Source: Candidatus Saccharimonadales bacterium
Lineage (GTDB): Bacteria; Patescibacteriota; Saccharimonadia; Saccharimonadales; JANWIN01
DNA: 64,000 nucleotides
Assembly (NCBI GenBank): GCA_025449905.1
Contig: JANWIN010000004.1
Span: forward strand, 24,656 to 88,655
Direction of reading: 5' to 3'
Below, piece by piece: positions 38,585 to 47,781 of this stretch; the first letter of the stretch is position 1, and each line of letters begins with the position of its first letter. Below the pieces are notes generated by a model, which saw only the letters and a program-made list of their open reading frames with translations, had not been told where the DNA came from and ran no database searches. Both the position numbers and the translations under genes were made by a program.

Positions 38585-39027
38585 TGCCTGCTGAACCGCA
38601 GCCAAATATAGACAATCGCCGTCAATTATTTGTTGATGGACTAGTGGCTGTAGATTACTTTCCCTCATTGGACAAAAGCCAAAGAGAGGGACTTGTGGGT
38701 TATTTAAATAGAAAGCACATAAGTATGGGTTACTTGACCTTACAACTAACCCTTCCAGAAGTTGTTGGACAAATTGAGAATGGATCTAATCCTGTTTTAT
38801 TTGAAAGAGCATCCTACGAGGCTACGCTGCAAGAAGTTGCCGGCGCAGTTTCAATAGCTGCTTCATTCCTAGACCGTTTTGTTTGGGCGCCGTTTAGAAC
38901 GAAGGAAGTGTGGGCCAAAAATAACGAAACACCGCTGCAAGTAGAGAGACGCTATCGCAGGAAACACTATAAATTGGAAGATTCTGAAGTCTTTAAGAAA
39001 TGGCTGGAAAGTCAGCAAATCACCTAG
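38584..39027 (+). CDS. hypothetical protein
   Basis: ORF track; overlaps the previous stop codon. Confidence 0.45.
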   Translation: MPAEPQPNIDNRRQLFVDGLVAVDYFPSLDKSQREGLVGYLNRKHISMGYLTLQLTLPEVVGQIENGSNPVLFERASYEATLQEVAGAVSIAASFLDRFVWAPFRTKEVWAKNNETPLQVERRYRRKHYKLEDSEVFKKWLESQQIT

Positions 39028-39096
39028 CCTGCTCTTCTCTGCCCTTCGTCAACTCTTAACATGTTAAGCATAAATTTTAAGTTATAATTATATGTA

Positions 39097-40866
39097 ATGA
39101 AACATATTTGGCGGATTATTAGATTTACCAAAGATTTGTGGCCCTATTATTTGGCCATAAGTATCTTTAGCGTGCTAATTGCTGGCATGGGCTTAATAAT
39201 CCCTCTGTTATCCGGTAATGCTATTGATGAATTGAGGTTAGGCACAGGTAGCAATATTGAGACACTGGTTTGGCTGGCTATCGGCATATTCTTAGTCGAC
39301 CTCGGCACAACGGTTGTCTCTAACATTAGCGGCTATCTGGGCGATCGCATGTCTACAAAACTGCAGCGGATTTTAAGCAACCGCTACTATGAGCACATTA
39401 TTAGTTTGCCACAGGAATTTTTCGACAAAGAGCTGTCCGGCAAGATTATTAACCGCCTAAACCGTTCCATCAGCCAAATAACAAACTTTATGCAAATGTG
39501 GAGCAATAACTTTCTACAGTTTGTTTTTAGCACCATTTTTGCCCTGGTGGTAATTGCTTACTTTAGCTGGCCGATTGCGCTGCTTCTGTTCACCCTTTAT
39601 CCAATCTTTATATTTATGACTGTTAAAACAAGTAGCAAGTGGATGAAATACGCTACGCGCATCAACAGGCAATGGGATGTCGCTACCGGCCGTTTCGCCG
39701 AGGCCATAAATCAGGTCAAAGTCGTAAAAAGTTTCAATCAGGAAAAATTCGAGCTGAAATTTTTTGACCGCCGCTACCGGCGTATGACCAATATTGCTAA
39801 GCCCCAGTCTATTTTATGGCACAAGCGCGATGTTCAGCGTCGGGTGATTTTAAATCTAATATTTTTAGGTGTCTATCTTTTGGTATTTATTCAGGCGGCA
39901 AATGGCGCATTTACAGTTGGCCAAGCTGTGACTCTAATTTTGTATGCCGCCCAAATTAGAATCCCAATCTTTACTATCAGTTTCTTAGTAGAGAATACCC
40001 AGCGGGCGGTGGCCGATAGCAAGGATTATTTCGAGATTATGAACATCACTCCGGCGATTGAAGATAAACAGGGAGCCAAAAAGCTAAAAATCAGCCGCGG
40101 CGAGATAAAGTTTGAAAGTGTCTCCTTTGCCTATGACCAACAAGCTGTTTTAAAAACAGTTAGCTTTAGCGTTAAACCTGACAGTAAAGTGGCTCTAGTC
40201 GGCGAAAGCGGCGAGGGAAAGACAACCATAGTAAATTTGCTGATGCGGCTTTATGAACCGCAAAAGGGCAAGATATTAATAGATGGGCAAGATATTAATG
40301 AAGTCACTCAAGCCAGCCTGCGGGCCAACGTTGGGGTGGTCTTTCAGGACCCGGCATTATTTTCTGGCACAATTCTTGAGAACATTGCTTACTCAAACCC
40401 AGACGCCACTAAAGAGCAGGTAGTTTCGGCGGCCAAATCGGCCAATGCCCACGAATTTATTAGCAAATTTGAAAAAGGTTACGACAGCGAGATAGGCGAG
40501 CGCGGCCTCAAGCTCAGCGGCGGTCAAAAACAGCGTATCGCTATCGCCCGAGCACTATTAAAAGATGCGCCAATTTTAATTCTGGATGAGGCCACTAGCA
40601 GCCTGGACAGCAAAAGCGAAGTTTTGGTCCAGCAAGCCCTGGGGCGCTTGATGGAGGCCCGCACTACTTTGATAATTGCTCACCGTCTAAGCACCATTCA
40701 ACATGTCAATGAAATAATTACACTGCGCGGCGGCAAGGTTGATGAAATTGGCTCACCGGAAAAACTGGCCACCAGCGGCGGTATCTACGATCAACTACTC
40801 AAGCTCCAGCGCCGCCACACTGACACTAGCGCCAAGAAGCTAAAAGAATTTGAAATAGCTGGCTAG
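39097..40866 (+). CDS. ABC transporter permease/ATP-binding fusion (MsbA-like exporter)
   Basis: Six-helix TMD; Walker A GESGEGKTT; signature LSGGQKQR; Walker B ILILDEATS; H-loop IAHRLS. Confidence 0.85.
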   Translation: MKHIWRIIRFTKDLWPYYLAISIFSVLIAGMGLIIPLLSGNAIDELRLGTGSNIETLVWLAIGIFLVDLGTTVVSNISGYLGDRMSTKLQRILSNRYYEHIISLPQEFFDKELSGKIINRLNRSISQITNFMQMWSNNFLQFVFSTIFALVVIAYFSWPIALLLFTLYPIFIFMTVKTSSKWMKYATRINRQWDVATGRFAEAINQVKVVKSFNQEKFELKFFDRRYRRMTNIAKPQSILWHKRDVQRRVILNLIFLGVYLLVFIQAANGAFTVGQAVTLILYAAQIRIPIFTISFLVENTQRAVADSKDYFEIMNITPAIEDKQGAKKLKISRGEIKFESVSFAYDQQAVLKTVSFSVKPDSKVALVGESGEGKTTIVNLLMRLYEPQKGKILIDGQDINEVTQASLRANVGVVFQDPALFSGTILENIAYSNPDATKEQVVSAAKSANAHEFISKFEKGYDSEIGERGLKLSGGQKQRIAIARALLKDAPILILDEATSSLDSKSEVLVQQALGRLMEARTTLIIAHRLSTIQHVNEIITLRGGKVDEIGSPEKLATSGGIYDQLLKLQRRHTDTSAKKLKEFEIAG

Positions 40867-40884
40867 CGGTTATAATAAAAAGCC

Positions 40885-41412
40885 ATGGCCGAATTACCTA
40901 AACGCATCGCTGCCCTGACCTTGGCAGGAGTCTTTTTAATTACCACCATTGGCTTTAGCGTCTTGATTATTGTTCAAATCAATCAGCAGAATAAAAATAA
41001 TAGCGGCCAGCAGGACTCGATTAATAAGCAGCTAAAAGGTACAAAACTAGAGAATTTTACACCCGTTAGTAAGGTTGACAAACTGAAAATTACCGATTTG
41101 GAAAAAGGTAAAGGCGTAGCCGCGAAAGCTGGAGATAACGTAACTGTTTATTATATTGGCGCTCTGGCAAATAGCGGCGTAGTGTTCGATTCATCTTCCG
41201 ATCATGGTAGTGAACAACCAGTCAGCACCGTTAATTTAAGCGAAGTGATAAAGGGCTGGAGTCGTGGCATCCCAGGCATGAAACCGGGCGGAACGCGCCG
41301 CTTATTGATACCTGCCGACCTCGCCTATGGCGCCAATCCTCCAGCTGGGGCGGGCATTCCTGCCGATACTGATTTGGTGTTTGATATAACGCTATTGGCA
41401 GCCCAAAAATAG
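40885..41412 (+). CDS. FKBP-type peptidyl-prolyl cis-trans isomerase, membrane-anchored
   Basis: GDNVTVYYIGALANSGVVFDSS ... IKGWSRGIPGMKPGGTRRLLIPADLAYG. Confidence 0.8.
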   Translation: MAELPKRIAALTLAGVFLITTIGFSVLIIVQINQQNKNNSGQQDSINKQLKGTKLENFTPVSKVDKLKITDLEKGKGVAAKAGDNVTVYYIGALANSGVVFDSSSDHGSEQPVSTVNLSEVIKGWSRGIPGMKPGGTRRLLIPADLAYGANPPAGAGIPADTDLVFDITLLAAQK

Positions 41413-41416
41413 CAGG

Positions 41417-41450
41417 CGCTAAATAGCGTGGTTTTTAGCCAATTTGGTGC
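41417..41450 (+). terminator. probable rho-independent terminator after the FKBP gene
   Basis: ggcgcta/tagcgtgg hairpin followed by TTTTT. Confidence 0.4.
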
Positions 41451-41473
41451 AAAAAACACTACATATGGGGCTA

Positions 41474-41502
41474 TTGACATTAACTAATACGCTAACTATA
41501 CT
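41474..41502 (+). promoter_or_regulatory. sigma70-type promoter for the grx-trxB unit
   Basis: TTGACA (41474-41479), 17-nt spacer, TATACT (41497-41502); RBS AAAGGGGA before the ATG at 41568. Confidence 0.55.
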
Positions 41503-41567
41503 GAAGACACAACTTAAATATTCAACATAAACACCTCACATAAATTCATCAAAAAAAGGGGACTAAG

Positions 41568-41816
41568 ATGCCAAAAAACATCACTATCTTTACTACCAAC
41601 ACCTGCGCTTACTGCGGCATGGTAAAAAAATGGCTGGGCGCTAAGGGCTACAGCTACGAGGAAGTCAACATAGACGAGCATCCCGAACGACAGCAAGAAG
41701 CCCTACAAGCCAGCGGCCAGTTAGCTGTACCGGTTACGGTTGTTACTCGCCAAGACGATTCACAAGAAGTAGTTGTGGGTTATAATTTAGCCAAACTAGC
41801 CCCTGCCGTCTCGTAG
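41568..41816 (+). CDS. glutaredoxin/NrdH-like redoxin
   Basis: CAYC active site in ITIFTTNTCAYCGMVKKWL; about 80 aa thioredoxin fold. Confidence 0.75.
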   Translation: MPKNITIFTTNTCAYCGMVKKWLGAKGYSYEEVNIDEHPERQQEALQASGQLAVPVTVVTRQDDSQEVVVGYNLAKLAPAVS

Positions 41817-41955
41817 ATTTGTTTTATATAAATACATTGCGGTGTCGAAACTTGCGCGCTTCATTCAGCGTACTATTCAAGTACGCCTCATTACAGTGCT
41901 CAGCTTCTCTTAGCACTGCATTCATCTAAAACAAATCTGTTAGAATAGAAAAAAT

Positions 41956-42921
41956 ATGGTTGAAGAGACGACTGATAAAAATAAGGTTTGGGATGTGGTG
42001 ATGATTGGCGCTGGGCCGGCTTCACTAGCCGCCGCCGTCTATACAACCCGTGAAGATATCGAGACTGTATTATTCGAAAAAGGTGCTATTGGCGGTTTAG
42101 CGGCAGTAACCGACTGGGTAGATAATTACCCGGGCTTTCCCAAAGGCATCTCCGGACTAGATTTATCTGCTAATCTTCAAGCCCAAGCCGAACGTTTCGG
42201 CGCCAAGATTGAGCTGGGCGAAGTCAGCAAAATTGAAGATAAGGGTGATTATAAGCTCCTGCAAACCACTGAAGGGGAATATAAGGCCAAGGCCATCTTA
42301 ATCGCCACAGGCAGTGATTATAAAAAAATTGGTGTACCTGGCGAGGCGGAATTTTATGCCCGAGGCGTACACTACTGCGCCACCTGCGACGGTGCCTTTT
42401 ACCGTGACAAAAAACTGGTGGTGGTTGGCGGTGGCAACTCAGCAGCTCAGGAATCATTATTCTTAACCAAATTTGCCACCCATATTGATTTGTTAGTGCG
42501 CAGTACTTTTAAGGCTAGCGATATCTTGCAAAAAGAAGTTAAACAAAATCCTAAAATCACAATTCACATAGGCACCACAACTGATGAAATTGTCGGTAAA
42601 GACGGTAAAGTTACAAAAGTGATTGGAACGGACACGGCCAGCGGCAAAAAAGTGGAGTTTCCAACTGATGGGGTGTTTGTGTTTGTTGGCCTATCACCAA
42701 ATACCGAATTTTTGGCTGGCAGTAGTATTGAGCTTGATAACATTGGACTGATTAAAACTAGCATGAACGATTTGCAAACAAATATGCCCGGTGTGTTTGT
42801 GGCTGGCGATGTTCATTCCGGAGCGACCATGCAAATTGCCAGCGCCGTTGGCGAAGGCGCCACGGCCGCTCTACATATCCGCGAGTATCTTGAAGGCAAA
42901 CCACATCCGATTCAGAATTAA
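41956..42921 (+). CDS. trxB: thioredoxin-disulfide reductase
   Basis: GAGPASLAAAVY FAD motif; CATCDG redox-active disulfide; VVGGGNSA NADPH motif. Confidence 0.9.
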   Translation: MVEETTDKNKVWDVVMIGAGPASLAAAVYTTREDIETVLFEKGAIGGLAAVTDWVDNYPGFPKGISGLDLSANLQAQAERFGAKIELGEVSKIEDKGDYKLLQTTEGEYKAKAILIATGSDYKKIGVPGEAEFYARGVHYCATCDGAFYRDKKLVVVGGGNSAAQESLFLTKFATHIDLLVRSTFKASDILQKEVKQNPKITIHIGTTTDEIVGKDGKVTKVIGTDTASGKKVEFPTDGVFVFVGLSPNTEFLAGSSIELDNIGLIKTSMNDLQTNMPGVFVAGDVHSGATMQIASAVGEGATAALHIREYLEGKPHPIQN

Positions 42922-43595
42922 ATGGGGGGGTAGCCGGGGAAGAAGTCACCAACTAGTTCGTTCTTGGGCACACCCAGTTTTTCTAGCTCTTCCATAAAAG
43001 TTTCAACCATTGGCTCTGGCCCGGATATATAAATTCGCTTGGCCTTGCCGGTTAATTTCAGTATTTTTTGCGAGGTTAAGCTCTGGCCTTTTTCTTTTAC
43101 GAACAAAACCGGCTTTATACCATACTTCTTAAACAGATCTAAAAATATAGCGTCCCGGGCTTCATTAAGCGCCCAGATAAATTGAATTTCGCGCTTTTCA
43201 CCTGTATCAAGCAAGTATTGAACTATGCTGTGAAACGGTGTGACGCCAATGCCGCCGGCTACAAAAACCAAAGGAATACTTTTATCTTTGGGTAGGACAA
43301 AGTCTCCCATTGGCTCAGCCAAATCAACCTCGGCGCCTTCTTTAAGCTTAAAGAGTGTTTTCTTGAATGAGCTACCTTTAGCGCCGGCGTCTTTGGTGGT
43401 TATAGACCAGAGATTATTCGTCGGCGATGCTGAAATCGTAAACCAGTGCTTTTTGCCGCGTTCGTCTGGGTTTTTATGCGGTAAGTAAAGTTCAGTAAAC
43501 TGGCCGGCTGTAAATTTAACCTTGCGGGGTAGCCGCCACCAAAAAGTTGTAACGTTATGATTAATTTTCTCCTTGTGGTCAAACACCGCTTTCAT
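42918..43595 (-). CDS. FNR-like FAD/NAD(P)-binding oxidoreductase
   Basis: Ferredoxin-reductase-type motifs RLPRKVKFTAGQF ... WFTISASP ... FVAGGIGVTP; start trimmed to the internal ATG at 43595 (MKAVFDH) to avoid a 185-nt overlap with ppa. Confidence 0.6.
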   Translation of the reverse strand: MKAVFDHKEKINHNVTTFWWRLPRKVKFTAGQFTELYLPHKNPDERGKKHWFTISASPTNNLWSITTKDAGAKGSSFKKTLFKLKEGAEVDLAEPMGDFVLPKDKSIPLVFVAGGIGVTPFHSIVQYLLDTGEKREIQFIWALNEARDAIFLDLFKKYGIKPVLFVKEKGQSLTSQKILKLTGKAKRIYISGPEPMVETFMEELEKLGVPKNELVGDFFPGYPPI

Positions 43596-43640
43596 AGGCC
43601 TTTTTAGTGTACAATAAGTGCTGAAATTAAGGAGAAATAA

Positions 43641-44168
43641 ATGCCTGACTTTAATAAAATACTGAACCCTGGAGACATAGAAAAGGGAATAGTAAATACC
43701 GTTATTGAAATTCCTAAATGGTCTACTTTGAAAATTGAGTGGAATCGCGAACTTGCCTGCTTTGAATTGGACCGCGTTGAGCCAAGTATTTTTGCTAAGC
43801 CAGCCAATTATGGCTTTATTCCGCAAACTCTAGATGGCGACGGTGATGAGTTAGACACATTGGTTTTGACTAATGACCCTATCCCAACCGGAGTTTATGT
43901 CAAAGCCAAAGTCATCGGCGTACTTAATTTTGAGGACGATGGTGACGAAGATCATAAAATTGTTTGTGTCCCGGTTGATGATAGAAATACGGGAGATGCG
44001 ATTCAGTCTTTAGATGATGTCCACGATCGCTGGAAAGAAAAAATTGAACATCATTTCAACCATTACAAAGACTTATATAAGCCTGGCTCTACTAAAGTAT
44101 TAGGCTGGGGTGATGCCGAAGCAGCTAAGAAAATAATCCAAGAATCGATAGAACGCGCCAAGAAGTGA
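43641..44168 (+). CDS. ppa: inorganic pyrophosphatase (family I)
   Basis: EIPKWSTLKIEWNRE ... YGFIPQTLDGDGDELD metal-binding Asp cluster. Confidence 0.9.
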   Translation: MPDFNKILNPGDIEKGIVNTVIEIPKWSTLKIEWNRELACFELDRVEPSIFAKPANYGFIPQTLDGDGDELDTLVLTNDPIPTGVYVKAKVIGVLNFEDDGDEDHKIVCVPVDDRNTGDAIQSLDDVHDRWKEKIEHHFNHYKDLYKPGSTKVLGWGDAEAAKKIIQESIERAKK

Positions 44169-44581
44169 AAAACATACGAACTGTAGCTAAAGCTGTTCTT
44201 TTTAATGGCGACAAAGTTTTAACTGTACGCCGAAGCAAAACCGATCCGCGTCGTCCTTTAGAGTGGGATTTGCCTGGTGGGATTGTTGAAGACGGCGAAG
44301 AGTTCAACGAAGCTTGCGCCAGGGAAATACTAGAAGAAGTAAATATAAAAGTCGATCCTAAAAAGCTACATCTAGCTCATGCGCAAACTGAGATGGTTGA
44401 AGGTAAAGGCAATACATCTTGGCTTATTTATGTAGGTAGGATAAACGAGACAAAAGTAGAGCTAAGCTTTGAGCATGATAAATTTCAATGGGTAAGTTTG
44501 GTGGAAGCCATAAAACTAAACTATTATGAGCGTCAGCTTCGTGCTCTTAACCATATAAAAGAAAATAATTTAATACCTTGA
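44165..44581 (+). CDS. NUDIX hydrolase
   Basis: Nudix box GGIVEDGEEFNEACAREILEEVNI. Confidence 0.8.
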   Translation: MKNIRTVAKAVLFNGDKVLTVRRSKTDPRRPLEWDLPGGIVEDGEEFNEACAREILEEVNIKVDPKKLHLAHAQTEMVEGKGNTSWLIYVGRINETKVELSFEHDKFQWVSLVEAIKLNYYERQLRALNHIKENNLIP

Positions 44582-44614
44582 TTTATAGCTTAAAAAGTAT
44601 TATAATAAGTTAAT

Positions 44615-44920
44615 ATGGAAAGTTTTTATTCTTTGGCTGACTTTGATAAAGATCACGACAGGTGGGCGGCTACTGGTCGTCATGGAGCAGCGGCGGAAGA
44701 GTTTTTCTATTTCTACACTAAACGCGATGAGCACAGCGGAAGATTAAGACCAGCGGTTGAGCTAACATCAGAAATAGCTCAGCAGTACCATCATCATCTA
44801 GCTGGGCTGGTAACCGTCGACGCCGTTCCTTTGGCAGTTCATGGCAGAATACAAAAAGCAGAGCTTGCTGACTTTGCGGCTAAATTGACTGACCTGTATA
44901 CAACAGTTGAACAAGCTTAG
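44615..44920 (+). CDS. hypothetical protein
   Basis: ORF track; no motif. Confidence 0.4.
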   Translation: MESFYSLADFDKDHDRWAATGRHGAAAEEFFYFYTKRDEHSGRLRPAVELTSEIAQQYHHHLAGLVTVDAVPLAVHGRIQKAELADFAAKLTDLYTTVEQA

Positions 44921-44976
44921 TTCTATCTATATAATTGCCAAAAGAAAAACACTAGCGTTTAAAGGGTAAAATATTT

Positions 44977-45993
44977 ATGAAAATTAGGGTGGCTATCAAC
45001 GGCTTCGGAAGAATTGGGCGCAACACTTTTAAAATTGCTTTTGATCGACCCGACCTGGATATCGTCGCTATTAACGACCTAACTGATACCAAAACCCTAG
45101 CTCATCTTTTGAAGCATGATAGCAACTACGGACTTTACGACAAAGATGTTAAATCTGACGAACAACACATCATAGTAGAGGGCCAACCAATCAAGGTTCT
45201 GGGAGAAAAAGATCCGTCAAAATTACCTTGGAACGAAATGGGCGTTGACGTGGCCATTGAGTGTACCGGTTTGTTCACGCATCACGAGGATCTAGAGATG
45301 CATCTTAAAGCCGGTGCCAAGCGGGTAGTTTTATCGGCACCGGAAAAAGATGACACTCACCACGACACTTACTTAATTGGCGTTAACGAGCACGACCTAA
45401 AACCAGAACACACGATTATTTCTAACGCCAGTTGTACAACCAACTGCATTACACCTGTTGCCGCGGTAGTGGAAAGCAAATTTGGTATTGAAAAAGTTAT
45501 GATGACCACCGTCCATAGTTATACAGCCAGCCAAAAATTGCAGGATGCCCCAGCCAAAGATTTGCGCGAAGCCCGGAACGCTGCCGAGAACATTGTGCCG
45601 ACCACGACCGGCGCCTCAATTGCGGCGTCTAAGGCTCTGCCAGCCCTAAAAGGTGTCTTTGGAGGTATGAGCATTCGCGTGCCCACCCCGGTGGTCAGTC
45701 TTAGCGATTTTGTCTTTATAACCAAGCGCAAAGTCACTGTTGATGAAGTCAACCAGGCTTTTGTTGAAGCGGCTCGAAATCCTTACTACCAAGGCATATT
45801 AGATGTTACCGAGGAAGAACTAGTTAGCAGCGACTTCATCGGCAATAGCCACTCGGCAATTGTCGATTTAAAACTTACAGCTGTGATTGATGGCGATATG
45901 CTCAAAGTTGTAGCTTGGTATGACAACGAATGGGGCTACTCCAATCGTCTAGTGGAAATGGTTGCCGAAGCCGGCAAACAACTTGCCCGATGA
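44977..45993 (+). CDS. gap: glyceraldehyde-3-phosphate dehydrogenase
   Basis: INGFGRIGR NAD motif; active site ASCTTNC; WYDNEWGYS. Confidence 0.9.
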   Translation: MKIRVAINGFGRIGRNTFKIAFDRPDLDIVAINDLTDTKTLAHLLKHDSNYGLYDKDVKSDEQHIIVEGQPIKVLGEKDPSKLPWNEMGVDVAIECTGLFTHHEDLEMHLKAGAKRVVLSAPEKDDTHHDTYLIGVNEHDLKPEHTIISNASCTTNCITPVAAVVESKFGIEKVMMTTVHSYTASQKLQDAPAKDLREARNAAENIVPTTTGASIAASKALPALKGVFGGMSIRVPTPVVSLSDFVFITKRKVTVDEVNQAFVEAARNPYYQGILDVTEEELVSSDFIGNSHSAIVDLKLTAVIDGDMLKVVAWYDNEWGYSNRLVEMVAEAGKQLAR

Positions 45994-46433
45994 AGATTTT
46001 TATTGGCGCTGATCACCAGGGTTTCCACTTGCGCAACGCTTTAATTAGCTATCTAAAAAGTGCCGGCTATGATGTAGTTGATGATGGCGACAAACAACTT
46101 AATCCCGAAGATGATTTCCCGATTTTTACGCAAAAAGTTATTAAAGACGTTCTGGCCAGTGACGACAACGAATCGCGCGGTATTTTAATCTGCGGCAGCG
46201 GCCAAGGGATGTGTATAGCCGCAAATCGTTTTAAGGGCATTCGTGCATGCCTGGGTTTTGATAAAGAAAGTATCCGCAGTGCGCGAAGTGACGATAATGC
46301 CAATGTACTATGCCTACCATCAAAAATTTTAGAAAAAGACGAGGCCAATATTATGGTTGAGCTATTTCTAAATACTCAATTTGCTGATGCGCCGCGTTTC
46401 AACCGTCGTCTCCGCGAAATAGATGAGTTCTAA
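45990..46433 (+). CDS. rpiB: ribose-5-phosphate isomerase B
   Basis: MKIFIGADHQGF ... ILICGSGQGMCIAANRF; ATG overlaps the gap TGA stop (ATGA). Confidence 0.85.
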   Translation: MKIFIGADHQGFHLRNALISYLKSAGYDVVDDGDKQLNPEDDFPIFTQKVIKDVLASDDNESRGILICGSGQGMCIAANRFKGIRACLGFDKESIRSARSDDNANVLCLPSKILEKDEANIMVELFLNTQFADAPRFNRRLREIDEF

Positions 46434-47064
46434 AATGAGCGTTATTTGCCCGACAGTTACCGCCACCAATAGCCACATTTACCGCGCCCAGTTGGAAAAG
46501 GTGGCCAAATTTTCCAAGCGCATACACTTAGATTTTGCCGATAGTGAGTTTACTGATGTACAACTGATGGACTTAAGCCAAGCCTGGAAGCCAGAAGGCT
46601 TAGTTGTTGATTTGCACATGATGTTTAAAAATCCTACCGAACAATTAGAACATGCTATTAAACTCAAAGCTGACCTAATTATCTTGCAAGCTGAATCGGA
46701 AGGAAATTTCAGAGATTTAGCCAGTCGGATTAAACAGTCTAATATAAAAGTCGGCATAGCTTTATTACCAAAAACGTCGGTAGCAAACATATCTAAAATC
46801 TTGCCAATCCTTGACCATGTTTTAATTTTTAGCGGTCACTTGGGGCACCAGGGCGGTCGGGCTGACCTATCACTACTTGGTAAAATAAGTGAAGTTAAAG
46901 AAATCAAGCCGGATATTGAAATCGGTTGGGACGGTGGCATTAATGATCAAAACTCTAAAACCTTATCGACAAATGGTGTTGATGTCCTAAATGTCGGCGG
47001 CTTCATCCAGCAGGCCAAAAATCCGGCCAAGGCCTACTCAAAACTCATCAAAATCGTCTCTTAA
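46423..47064 (+). CDS. ribulose-phosphate 3-epimerase-like TIM-barrel protein (divergent Rpe family)
   Basis: ICPTVTA ... HLDFADSEF ... GWDGGIN pattern parallels the Rpe motifs ICPSILSAD ... HLDVMDG ... VDGGI. Confidence 0.55.
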   Translation: MSSKMSVICPTVTATNSHIYRAQLEKVAKFSKRIHLDFADSEFTDVQLMDLSQAWKPEGLVVDLHMMFKNPTEQLEHAIKLKADLIILQAESEGNFRDLASRIKQSNIKVGIALLPKTSVANISKILPILDHVLIFSGHLGHQGGRADLSLLGKISEVKEIKPDIEIGWDGGINDQNSKTLSTNGVDVLNVGGFIQQAKNPAKAYSKLIKIVS

Positions 47065-47106
47065 ATTGTACAAGATATTGACGATCGTCACAAAAGGGGA
47101 CAATTT
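47063..47106. repeat. 44-bp palindromic repeat element, copy 2
   Basis: aaattgtacaagatattgacgatcgtcacaaaaggggacaattt; shares its left half with copy 1 and its right half with copy 3; central TGACGATCGTCA at 47079-47090. Confidence 0.6.
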
Positions 47107-47678
47107 CAAAAAAGTGCTGGGTAGAGTTTTTTGAAATGCTTCATCATATTGCCAGTCGGCTGAAAATCTACCACCTCCAATAGCTGCAAATGTTGCTCAA
47201 TTCCGTAGGCTTTTTGGATTGCATGAAAGGCCTCAAGATAGGGCAGAGGGTGAATCCACAGACTTAGCTGCAGTTGCTTAAAGCCTAACTCTTTTAGTAA
47301 CCGACGGATGTGGTGTCTGGCGTCGCGTAATGGTTCAGGAATATCGAAGGCCACTAGACGCCAGCGACCATCCCACTTAGCAATTTTAGGTTGCTTATAT
47401 TTTAAGAATGTAAGTTTTTCTAGTTCTTCTATGCCGGTTTTGGTAATTGCGAATTCGGCCTTGCCATAAGTGCCACTCTTTTTAATTAAGCCAACCTCCT
47501 CTAGGTTGTAAAGTTGGCGTTGAACCTCTCGCCGTGTCGGTCGTTTACCAAAGTTGGGATTAACCAACACTTTGTCCATAATTTCGTTTAAGCTAGCACC
47601 GGCGCTAATTTCTTTGATGACCTGCATATACCAAAAAGCAGCATCGCTAATTTTGTGTGGCCAAATATATTTCCCCAT
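47106..47678 (-). CDS. PaaX family transcriptional regulator
   Basis: N-terminal winged helix; C-terminal PaaX_C block WDGRWRLVAFDIPE ... RRLLKELGF ... SLWIHP. Confidence 0.7.
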   Translation of the reverse strand: MGKYIWPHKISDAAFWYMQVIKEISAGASLNEIMDKVLVNPNFGKRPTRREVQRQLYNLEEVGLIKKSGTYGKAEFAITKTGIEELEKLTFLKYKQPKIAKWDGRWRLVAFDIPEPLRDARHHIRRLLKELGFKQLQLSLWIHPLPYLEAFHAIQKAYGIEQHLQLLEVVDFQPTGNMMKHFKKLYPALF

Positions 47679-47684
47679 TTGCTA

Positions 47685-47728
47685 AAATTGTACCAAAAGA
47701 TGACGATCGTCACAAAAGGGGACAATTT
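47685..47728. repeat. 44-bp palindromic repeat element, copy 3 (in the divergent paaX-like/tkt promoter region)
   Basis: aaattgtaccaaaagatgacgatcgtcacaaaaggggacaattt; TGACGATCGTCA at 47701-47712; 7 bp upstream of the regulator's start codon. Confidence 0.6.
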
Positions 47729-47781
47729 GGGTGGTTACAAGGGGTTTGGTATAGTCATAAGCATGATTATAGGGCGTAAAT

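Noticed and set aside
42918-43826. PyrK (DHODH electron-transfer subunit) assignment for the FNR-like reductase, and the long N-terminal extension in the track
   Set aside because: No C-terminal Cys cluster for a [2Fe-2S] centre is present and the gene is 10 kb from pyrD. The first 77 codons overlap ppa and its promoter, so the start was trimmed to 43595.
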